Shown here in pieces: positions 28,781 through 36,267 of a stretch of DNA of 64,000 nt (positions within the stretch are counted from its first letter, which is position 1; each line of letters starts with the position of its first letter). Source of the stretch: Bacteroidetes bacterium UBA5697 (GTDB lineage: Bacteria > Bacteroidota > Bacteroidia > B-17B0 > Aurantibacillaceae); assembly GCA_002420145.1 (NCBI GenBank), contig DIHL01000021.1, positions 13,112 to 77,111 on the forward strand. The letters run 5' to 3'. Both the position numbers and the translations under genes were made by a program. Under the pieces are notes generated by a model that had not been told where the DNA came from, did not search any database, and saw nothing but the letters and a program-made list of their open reading frames with translations.

Positions 28781-29236
28781 ATGGAAAGCACATCACACTT
28801 TATTAATGAGTTAGCTATAACATATTCACGCAAGGAGATAAGCCACAACTCTATTAAAAACTCTAATGCTGTATATCAACTTATAAAAGATATATACAGC
28901 AACACTCAATCTGAAATTGAACTCAAGGAGTACTTCTTCATGATCCTTCTCAACCGTGCTAACAAAGTTATTGGCTACTATAAACTTTCTGAAGGAGGCA
29001 TATCAGGTACTGTTGTTGACCTGCGCTTGGCTTTCGGAACAGCTTTAAAGGGTCTAGCATCAGGCATTATAATGGCGCACAACCATCCTTCAGGTAACCT
29101 TTGTCCTTCTGAAGAAGACAAGCGCCTCACTAAAAAGTTTGTTGAAGCAGGTAAACTACTTGACATCGCTGTGCTAGATCATTTGATTGTAACTAACGAT
29201 GGCTATTACTCATTTGCAGATGAGGGCTTAATTTAA
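28781..29236 (+). CDS. RadC-like JAB/MPN domain protein
   Basis: 151 aa with the JAMM motif AHNHPSGNLCPSEEDKRLTKK. Confidence 0.85.
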   Translation: MESTSHFINELAITYSRKEISHNSIKNSNAVYQLIKDIYSNTQSEIELKEYFFMILLNRANKVIGYYKLSEGGISGTVVDLRLAFGTALKGLASGIIMAHNHPSGNLCPSEEDKRLTKKFVEAGKLLDIAVLDHLIVTNDGYYSFADEGLI

Positions 29237-29317
29237 AGCACAAGGCACACATGTGCTTTGTAAAAGCTATTTCTTAAACATCAATGGTGCTTGTATTAAC
29301 CTTAAAACTTATAAATC

Positions 29318-30214
29318 ATGAACAAAATTAACAAGGCAGCAAGGAACCGCTGCAAAATCAAAATGGCTGTACAAGGAGCTTCAGGTTCAGGCAAAACTTA
29401 TTCTGCATTGTTACTTGCATATGGTCTTACGCAAGACTGGTCAAAAGTTGTTGTCATAGATAGCGAGAACGGCTCAGCTAATCTTTATGCAGAACTTGGA
29501 GATTATTCTGTATTAAATCTTGCAGCACCGTACACACCAGAAGCCTATTCAGAAGCAATAGATTTAGCAGCTAAAAATGGTTTTGAATGTATAATCATAG
29601 ATAGCCTATCTCATGAGTGGTCAGGGCAAGGAGGTGTATTAGATATACACAGTAACATACCCGGGAACTCCTTCACTGCTTGGGCAAAAGTCACGCCACG
29701 GCATAATGCTTTTGTACAGAAAATCCTGCAAACTGATTTACACATTATCTCTACAATGCGTAGTAAAACAGAGTATGCTATGTCGGAGAAAAATGGTAAG
29801 CAAGTTCCAGAGAAGCTTGGCTTGAAAGCTGTGCAGCGTGAGGATACTGAGTACGAATTTACCATTGTGTTTGAGCTCAATCAAAGACATCAGGCAACAG
29901 TTAGTAAAGACCGCACTGGTTTATTCCGTAACAAGCCTGAGCTAACACTAACTGCTGATGTAGGAAAAGTAATAGCAGACTGGTGTAATATCAGCACAAT
30001 AAAAGCTAATCCTGAAATTGTGGCGCAGAAGAAAGAAGTACCTCAGGATGATTTTGTAACACGCATTAATCAGTGTGCAACAATGGAGGACTTAATAAGC
30101 TTATTCAACAGTAATCCGGCTCAACAACAACAGCACCGAGATAACTTTATCTCACGAAGAAATCACATCAATGTTCAATCTAAAAACTTTTTAAACAATG
30201 GAGTTCATCATTAA
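29318..30214 (+). CDS. RecA-fold P-loop ATPase, AAA_24 / phage Sak4-like
   Basis: Walker A is VQGASGSGKTYSAL and Walker B is CIIIDSLSHEW. Size and layout match phage AAA_24 proteins. Confidence 0.7.
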   Translation: MNKINKAARNRCKIKMAVQGASGSGKTYSALLLAYGLTQDWSKVVVIDSENGSANLYAELGDYSVLNLAAPYTPEAYSEAIDLAAKNGFECIIIDSLSHEWSGQGGVLDIHSNIPGNSFTAWAKVTPRHNAFVQKILQTDLHIISTMRSKTEYAMSEKNGKQVPEKLGLKAVQREDTEYEFTIVFELNQRHQATVSKDRTGLFRNKPELTLTADVGKVIADWCNISTIKANPEIVAQKKEVPQDDFVTRINQCATMEDLISLFNSNPAQQQQHRDNFISRRNHINVQSKNFLNNGVHH

Positions 30215-31196
30215 CAACCAAGAAGTGCTGGCGCAGTTGCCGGCACTTCAACCAAACGGAATAGGTATCTCATCTAGTAGTCAACCGTTCATTGAGGCTA
30301 ATACCATTCAAATGCCTGTTCAAGAAATGAAAGACCAACACATCATTCCCGTTTGGGCATCAAGTAATGAGCCGCTGATTAGTCACTCGGAGTTCATAGA
30401 AGCTACTTGGGAGCAGGTGCATAAACAATTTAGGAATGAGACCATTCTTAAACCCAATATTAGAGTAAGTCATCCTATAAAAGGAAGAATCCCGGAAGCC
30501 AAGCACAAAGCGGCAAAAGACTTAGAACCTTGGGAGCAAACAATATACTATGAACGTATGATGTTTGTAATAGAGTTGCCAAGCATAAGAGATGAAGTGA
30601 ATGGCAATTTACTATCATTAACAATCGGTGGAGTGAAGTCCTACAGTTTGGATAACCTTTACAGCAAAAGACCAAGCGGAGATCAACACTTTCAACTGTT
30701 TATCGGCTTTCAAAATAAAGTCTGCTGTAACCTTTGTGTATCAACGGATGGTTTTAAACATGAACTGGGAATCAAATCAGCTAGTCAGTTAAAGTACGCT
30801 GTGGAAAATCTGATTAACCAGTACAATGCCAGTAAGCATCTTAACAGGATGAAGTCTATGACCAATATGGAACTAATGGAATCAGAGTTTGCGCAAGTGA
30901 TTGGAAGAAGCAGAATGTATAAGCACCTGCCTGAGTATTCGCGTAAAGACATCCAACCCATGCTATTCGGTGACCAACAAATTAGTACTGTTGTACTGGA
31001 CTATTACAAGGATGCAAACTTTGGAACTGAAATCGGTGGAAGTATAAGTACATGGCAGTTCTACAACTTACTTACAGGAGCAAACAAGTCAACCTACATC
31101 GACAGCTTCCTGGTAAGAGGAGTAAATGCCACAGACTTTACTGCTGAAATCATCCAACACAAGATGGGGACAAAGCGAAGTTGGTTTATGGGTTAA
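30198..31196 (+). CDS. Conserved mobile-element protein, DUF3871/DUF932-like
   Basis: 332 aa. FIEANT, RVSHPIKGR, YYERMMF, GGVKSY..NLYSK and FIGFQNKVCCNLCVSTDG resemble my memory of DUF3871 proteins of Bacteroidota. It overlaps the upstream gene by 17 nt. Confidence 0.45.
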   Translation: MEFIINNQEVLAQLPALQPNGIGISSSSQPFIEANTIQMPVQEMKDQHIIPVWASSNEPLISHSEFIEATWEQVHKQFRNETILKPNIRVSHPIKGRIPEAKHKAAKDLEPWEQTIYYERMMFVIELPSIRDEVNGNLLSLTIGGVKSYSLDNLYSKRPSGDQHFQLFIGFQNKVCCNLCVSTDGFKHELGIKSASQLKYAVENLINQYNASKHLNRMKSMTNMELMESEFAQVIGRSRMYKHLPEYSRKDIQPMLFGDQQISTVVLDYYKDANFGTEIGGSISTWQFYNLLTGANKSTYIDSFLVRGVNATDFTAEIIQHKMGTKRSWFMG

Positions 31197-31675
31197 GCAA
31201 GAGCCTGGGAGAAATCCTGGGCTTTATATTACCTTTTAATTTGTCCTTGTTTTACAAAAGCTCATGCTGGAAGTTTACTACAAGAAAATAACTAGGTAGG
31301 GAAAAGGTAGATGTTGATAAAACTTGCACCTTACACATATTAACATTTTTCAGCCTAAAATGTCAATATTATTTTTTGGTCGGGATTGAAAGATGAATTA
31401 ATTTTGTAAAAGTACAGCGCAGTACTACCTTCTGCAGAAGGAACATATCTTCTCCTTAAGGCATTAAGGAGTCAATTTTGAAAGCGGATTAGTAATAATC
31501 TGAGTTAGCTAAATCTAGCAAAGTCGTAAGGCTTGATGTATAAAGTAACGGTTGTATATATATTATACAGATAAACTGCTTTATATATGTCTGTTAAACA
31601 ACAAGTTATTCTTAACCATTTTGGAAGTTGTGCAGCTGAAATTGCACCAACTTCCAAATTTAAAAAAACAAAGAC

Positions 31676-32137
31676 ATGAGTAATTATTCATTACCCAAAA
31701 GCGGGACTGTGTTTATGCCTGTGGCAAGATTTCAACCAATTATCAGTTATGACTTTAATGGTAATCCTTCTGTATACAAAAATGATGTGGACTTTAAAAA
31801 AGTTGGGCTAAGTGATGACTTTTTGAAAAACTTAATGAGCAACATTTCATTAACGGATATTGATATCCGGATTATGTTGTATATCATGCATAATTTACAA
31901 AGAGATTCTGACGAGGTGGTGTTAAATCCTACCATTATTAAAAGATATATTAACTGGGGGCACAGTTCAATAAGTGCATCCCTGATTAGACTTTGTAATG
32001 CAGGTTATATTATGCCTATAACAGGGAGAGGATCTGGTAGATGCAAATATCAGGTGAATGTATTAAATATGTTTTATGGCAACAGGATTGAGTTTCTGGA
32101 AAATATTGACCCAAAGTTAATACAGAGGGTTATATAA
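31676..32137 (+). CDS. Small protein with probable winged-helix DNA-binding domain (regulator or replication initiator)
   Basis: 153 aa. LTDIDIRIMLYIMHNL...SSISASLIRLCNAGYIMP looks like a wHTH. It is preceded by a 14-bp-stem hairpin. Confidence 0.4.
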   Translation: MSNYSLPKSGTVFMPVARFQPIISYDFNGNPSVYKNDVDFKKVGLSDDFLKNLMSNISLTDIDIRIMLYIMHNLQRDSDEVVLNPTIIKRYINWGHSSISASLIRLCNAGYIMPITGRGSGRCKYQVNVLNMFYGNRIEFLENIDPKLIQRVI

Positions 32138-32217
32138 AATCTGAAACATCAACTTGTGTTTATAGCCAGTTAAGGAATTTAGGTTAATCTTGAATATATT
32201 TTACATAAATTAGCCTA

Positions 32218-33360
32218 ATGGATCAAGGTTTAAAACAGAACGGTTTTTATTATGCTAATTTTCTTAAATCTGTTGATGGAGAAAATAGACTAACCTTCCT
32301 TGTTGTGTTCAGAGTAGGTGATTACTTATGTATGGATATTACTCCATCAGAGGAATCGGTAGTAGTTGATCAAGGTTTAATTGAGCACATCAAGGAGTGG
32401 AAGTCTTTGATTGTTGAAGCAATTAAAGATGGAAGCATTGATTCTGAAGAAGCTAAAGAGAAGTTTGCAAAATGCGAGCAATTAAGTACGGGGGTGCTTG
32501 AAGGTGTTTTTAAAGCAGGTAGCTTGTATCAGAAATTAACACTCACGTCAGCATTCAATAAAATTTCCGCAAGCCTTGAATCAAAAGGTTTTAGACCATT
32601 GCTTGGTAAGGAGGTCGTCAATACAATTTTCTCTGGTCTATTGTTGGATTTTCAGGAGACTGAAATACTTAATTATAAAACCATAGTTGAAAAGCTAAGC
32701 CCTAAAAATACCCAAGCTGAGTTAGCTAAACCAACTAATCAATTTGAGAAAAATGCAACGGAGTCTTTTTTTGAAAAGTATAGCACATATATATTACCCA
32801 GTCTAATTGTTGGCATGCTGATTCTACTATTTGTTTATTTAATCTTCTCATCAAAATCTAGTAAGTATAGTGACAATGATTACGCAAAAGCGGCAGCAAT
32901 AGCTGATTCAGTAGTTCAAGACTTAGTGTTAAATCAAGATTCCATTATTCAGGCAAGTAAGTATTATGAAGACTCAATTGCTGCAGAAGCAAATAAAGCA
33001 AGGGAAAGAATTTTAGGAGAACAAGAGGCAAGAAAAGCTGAAATGAGAAAGACAAGTTCGTATATGGAGGAGTATTCAGAGGATTTTCCATTTGAATACC
33101 ATGTTCCAAGTTGTCCAAATCAGGCTGAAACTAGTCTCCCTTCAGGAAAATGTTGGTTAGTGCTTTACTATGCTAAGCCAGGTAACCAAAATTGGCAAGA
33201 AGTAGGAGGAACTATTGTAGGTGTAAAAGCTGGAATTGATAATACGTTTCACTTTTTTGGCAAGAAGGGATGGAAATATGCATATTCCTGGGACGCGGGA
33301 AATTCCAGACCAATAAAACTTAAGCCTATAAACGTAAAGCAAACTTGGAGTGCGCAATAA
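32218..33360 (+). CDS. Single-pass membrane protein of unknown function (element cargo)
   Basis: 380 aa. It has one hydrophobic helix (YILPSLIVGMLILLFVYLIF), a coiled-coil-like stretch and a ~100-aa C-terminal domain with two Cys. Confidence 0.6.
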   Translation: MDQGLKQNGFYYANFLKSVDGENRLTFLVVFRVGDYLCMDITPSEESVVVDQGLIEHIKEWKSLIVEAIKDGSIDSEEAKEKFAKCEQLSTGVLEGVFKAGSLYQKLTLTSAFNKISASLESKGFRPLLGKEVVNTIFSGLLLDFQETEILNYKTIVEKLSPKNTQAELAKPTNQFEKNATESFFEKYSTYILPSLIVGMLILLFVYLIFSSKSSKYSDNDYAKAAAIADSVVQDLVLNQDSIIQASKYYEDSIAAEANKARERILGEQEARKAEMRKTSSYMEEYSEDFPFEYHVPSCPNQAETSLPSGKCWLVLYYAKPGNQNWQEVGGTIVGVKAGIDNTFHFFGKKGWKYAYSWDAGNSRPIKLKPINVKQTWSAQ

Positions 33361-33398
33361 ATTATTTACTAGAAACAAATTGTGCAAGTTAATAGTTC

Positions 33399-33406
33399 TA
33401 TATTTG
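33399..33406 (+). promoter_or_regulatory. Outward-facing -7 box TAtaTTTG at the right end of the element
   Basis: Exact TAnnTTTG match, with TTG at 33380-33382. It points towards attR, and no ORF follows inside the element. Confidence 0.45.
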
Positions 33407-33469
33407 CAGCAATCAGGAGGAAGAAGGTCTTTCTCCTGAAAAGAAATTGCTGAGCTAAAGGCACCAAAT

Positions 33470-33499
33470 CGACACCTAGCATGCTTAAAAACTGGTGTC
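33470..33499. promoter_or_regulatory. Right-end arm-type sites (CGACACCTA, GGTGTC)
   Basis: CGACACCTA at 33470-33478 is identical to 27138-27146. GGTGTC occurs at 33494-33499. Confidence 0.45.
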
Positions 33500-33530
33500 T
33501 TTTGGAGGGTACTGGGGAATAGTAGATTTT

Positions 33531-33595
33531 GCGGCAGTCTTGAAAACTGTTGAACCGTGAGGTTCCTGGGGTTCGAATCCCTATTTCTCCGCTGA
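33531..33595 (+). repeat. attR: 65-bp direct repeat (tRNA-Ser 3' fragment, not a functional tRNA)
   Basis: Identical to 26986-27050. It lacks the acceptor 5' strand and the D-arm. Confidence 0.9.
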
Positions 33596-33602
33596 TAAAT
33601 GT

Positions 33603-33629
33603 AAAAAGCGCCCTTGAGGCGCTTTTTTA
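33603..33629 (+). terminator. Rho-independent terminator (probably the original tRNA-Ser terminator)
   Basis: AGCGCC-cttga-GGCGCT followed by TTTTTT. Confidence 0.75.
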
Positions 33630-33852
33630 TTTTCCGAAATGTCCGAAAACTTGTTTTCAAGGACATAAAGGGAAATAAAAAAACAGATGCGAAGGATTTG
33701 GCTTTTTACATTATGACTCTGGGAGCTTTGGGGATCAGCGAAGCTAATCCTTCATTTAAATCGTGCGTCAAAGATGTGGAAAAATAAAAAGAATCCCATT
33801 GCACGGGATGCTTTTTACCCTATGACTCTGAAAGTATAGGGGATCAAAAAAT

Positions 33853-34242
33853 TTAATCCCTCCCTCCTCTAGCAATAATTCTTTTACGATGCTTTGTCCC
33901 CCATTTATGTAATTCCATAATTAATGGTTTTAATGTTTTGCCATAAGTTGTTAATTCATACTCCACAGTAACTGGAGATGTATCATAAACTTTTCTACTC
34001 GCTAATTCGTTTATTTCAAGCTCTTTTAATTCTTTCGATAACATCTTTGGTGTTAATCCTGTGATTTCTCTTTGAATTTGTTTAAATCGTTTTTTACCAA
34101 ATGTAAGAGATAGAATAATTTGCAGTTTCCATTTTCCACTTAAAATATCTAAAGCATCTTTTACTGGAAGTAATTGCTTAGTGCACTCTCCTGTTGAAAG
34201 ATGATTGGGACATTTTCGTTTATCGTTATCGGTAGTTTCCAT
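33853..34242 (-). CDS. HxlR-family winged-helix transcriptional regulator
   Basis: CP....C...L....DILSGKWKLQIILSL...RFKQIQREI..LTPKMLSKELKELE is typical of HxlR. I place the start at METTDND because a TAnnTTTG box overlaps the upstream ATG. Confidence 0.8.
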   Translation of the reverse strand: METTDNDKRKCPNHLSTGECTKQLLPVKDALDILSGKWKLQIILSLTFGKKRFKQIQREITGLTPKMLSKELKELEINELASRKVYDTSPVTVEYELTTYGKTLKPLIMELHKWGTKHRKRIIARGGRD

Positions 34243-34261
34243 TTGATATAAAATTATAATA

Positions 34262-34269
34262 CAAATATA
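34262..34269 (-). promoter_or_regulatory. -7 box TAtaTTTG for the HxlR gene
   Basis: Exact match on the minus strand, 19 nt upstream of ATG 34242. Confidence 0.45.
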
Positions 34270-34392
34270 CATTAGTATAAAGTATCTTTTTTATACTGCT
34301 TTCCTAGAGTATACCGATATCCTTTAGGAAAGTGATACCTTTTGTATATCCATTCTCCATAGTTTTGCTTTCTAATCTATAAAAACAAACGT

Positions 34393-34758
34393 ATGTCAAC
34401 AAAAACAAAACGAATCATTTCCATTGTACTAATGGTCATTCCTTCACTCATACTTATAATGAGCGCAGTAATGAAATTAATTGGAGCAGAACAAGTAGTA
34501 ACAGGTTTAACTAAAATAGGACTAGGCAACTATATTAAATCACTAGGCATTATTGAGTTAGTCTCCGTTGCACTATTTATATTTCCAAAAACTCATAAAA
34601 TTGGATTTTTATTAATTTGTAGCTACTTAGGTGGTGCACTTTCAATTGAATTGGCATCCGCGCAACCACCGTCAGCTGCCATTTTCTTATGTATTATATG
34701 GATTTCTGTTTTCTTAAAAGATAAAATGATGTTCTTAAGCTCTTCTGAAAATAAATAA
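34393..34758 (+). CDS. DoxX-like small integral membrane protein
   Basis: 121 aa with 3-4 hydrophobic helices. It is divergent from an HxlR gene, a common pairing. Confidence 0.55.
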   Translation: MSTKTKRIISIVLMVIPSLILIMSAVMKLIGAEQVVTGLTKIGLGNYIKSLGIIELVSVALFIFPKTHKIGFLLICSYLGGALSIELASAQPPSAAIFLCIIWISVFLKDKMMFLSSSENK

Positions 34759-34798
34759 AACCTTAACAGCATTCGTTAAATCGGATGCCGTTATATTT

Positions 34799-36214
34799 TT
34801 AATCAAATCTAAACTCGAAAGCAGTTCCTTTATTACTTTTTATTTCAACTTTCGCATCAATTTGTTCGGCTAATAAATCTATTAATTGTAATCCAAAACT
34901 TGCATTTGTTTTTTTGGTAGAGCTTCTAAAAATCCCAATACCATTATCAGAAATTATTAAAATATTCTTAGAAAAAGAAATACATATTTCTCCATTTTTA
35001 TTTGGGAAAGCATATTTAAAAGAATTACTCAATACCTCATTAATAATAAGTCCAACAGGTATCATTTTATCTATTTCAAAATAAAAATCTCGAGGAATTT
35101 TCAACTTTAACTTTACTAAATTTTGACTATAAGTATTTTGCAATTTTTCAAATAATGATTTTGAATAAGCTGCTAGATTAATTTTGCTTAAATCAGAATT
35201 AGCATACAGCATTTCATGAATTAAAGCCATTGATACAATACGGTTTTGACTTTCCTCAACTAAAGCTGAAAAATGTCGATCATTTGATTTATCAGCATGT
35301 AACTTTAATAAGCTTGAAATTATTTGAAGATTATTTTTTACTCGGTGATGTATTTCTTTTAAAAGAGTTTCTTTTTCTTTTAAAGTATGGTTAATCTTTT
35401 CTTCTATTTTCTTTCTTTCAAAAAACAAAGGAACATCATACTTTTTTTTTGTTTTTAATTTCTGTTCCTCTTTAGTTAAATATTTTTCAATTTTATGAGG
35501 AGGAGCCATGATAAATGTACAATGCTTATCTCCTTTTGCACGACAAGATATCTCAACCGATGTTAATTCAATACCATAACTTTGTTCACACCAACCAGAT
35601 GAATATCCTGCATTCATAGAACATACTGGAAAATCTGTTTTTTCTTTTGATTTAATCCATGAGTCTGCTTCAAAGGAATATGGGTGATGATATTTCAAGA
35701 AAAAATTATCATCCGGGGTTGGTTTACTTTCTGGCAAAATATCTACAAATGCCCAGCCTGTATATGCAAAATGAATAGGACCTGCCGAAAGTTTAGCTAA
35801 AGGATTTTTCAATTTCATTTTTTTATGAAAGTTTTTCGCATCCTCTATTCCAATTAAATGAGCAAAATCAAATAATAAATTTCTTCCAATTTTAATGGCC
35901 TCAGATTTTGACCTATCAGAATATAAATTCAAAATATTTTTAAAGAAATCATTAGCCAACGACTCTGCGCGCATTAACACGTATCGTTGTCCATTAACTT
36001 CAATTTTTGATAAACTAGGATCAGCATTAAAAGTCTGAAAATAATTTTTTACAATTTCGGAAGCTTTGTCAAAAATCGGCGCAATTTCACTAGGTGCTTT
36101 TACCGTTTTTTTTGTTGTAAAAAAAACATCTTTCTTTTTTTTAAGAAGTTGGTTTTCTTTTTCAAGTTCCTTAATTCTCTTTTTTAAAGATTGAATATTT
36201 TCTTCAGACTTCAT
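34799..36214 (-). CDS. Sensor histidine kinase with V4R-like ligand-binding domain and HisKA_2/HWE kinase core
   Basis: The V4R-like region reads GYSSGWCEQSYG...SCRAKGDKHCTFIM. The H-box is EIHHRVKNNLQIISSLLKLH. The ATPase region reads NEVLSNSFKYAF...DNGIG. Confidence 0.65.
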   Translation of the reverse strand: MKSEENIQSLKKRIKELEKENQLLKKKKDVFFTTKKTVKAPSEIAPIFDKASEIVKNYFQTFNADPSLSKIEVNGQRYVLMRAESLANDFFKNILNLYSDRSKSEAIKIGRNLLFDFAHLIGIEDAKNFHKKMKLKNPLAKLSAGPIHFAYTGWAFVDILPESKPTPDDNFFLKYHHPYSFEADSWIKSKEKTDFPVCSMNAGYSSGWCEQSYGIELTSVEISCRAKGDKHCTFIMAPPHKIEKYLTKEEQKLKTKKKYDVPLFFERKKIEEKINHTLKEKETLLKEIHHRVKNNLQIISSLLKLHADKSNDRHFSALVEESQNRIVSMALIHEMLYANSDLSKINLAAYSKSLFEKLQNTYSQNLVKLKLKIPRDFYFEIDKMIPVGLIINEVLSNSFKYAFPNKNGEICISFSKNILIISDNGIGIFRSSTKKTNASFGLQLIDLLAEQIDAKVEIKSNKGTAFEFRFD

Positions 36215-36267
36215 TTATTAAAAGTATAATAATTTCCCATCATAAAAAAATTACTCCACTAATAAGA

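Larger units (their letters stand above)
26986..33595 (+). mobile_element. ~6.5-kb tRNA-Ser-integrated element (integrase plus 5 same-strand ORFs), class unknown
   Basis: It lies between a complete tRNA and a repeated tRNA 3' fragment, with a tyrosine integrase next to the tRNA. Arm-type repeats occur at both ends. Spot GC counts of single 60-nt lines give about 37-38% inside versus about 30% in flanking genes. Confidence 0.85.

Noticed and set aside
33531-33595. Possible second tRNA-Ser gene
   Set aside because: Only the 3' 61 nt are present (anticodon arm onward). There is no acceptor 5' strand and no D-arm. It is the attR copy and not a gene.
26986-33595. Interpreting the island as a complete prophage, ICE or IS/transposon
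   Set aside because: It has no capsid, terminase, tail, relaxase, T4SS or transposase-like ORFs, and it is only 6.5 kb. I therefore left it as an integrative element of unknown class.
33157-33666. 169-aa minus-strand ORF spanning the end of the island, attR and the tRNA terminator
   Set aside because: It runs antisense through the tRNA fragment and a terminator hairpin and overlaps the 3' end of the 380-aa gene. It shows no protein-like features.
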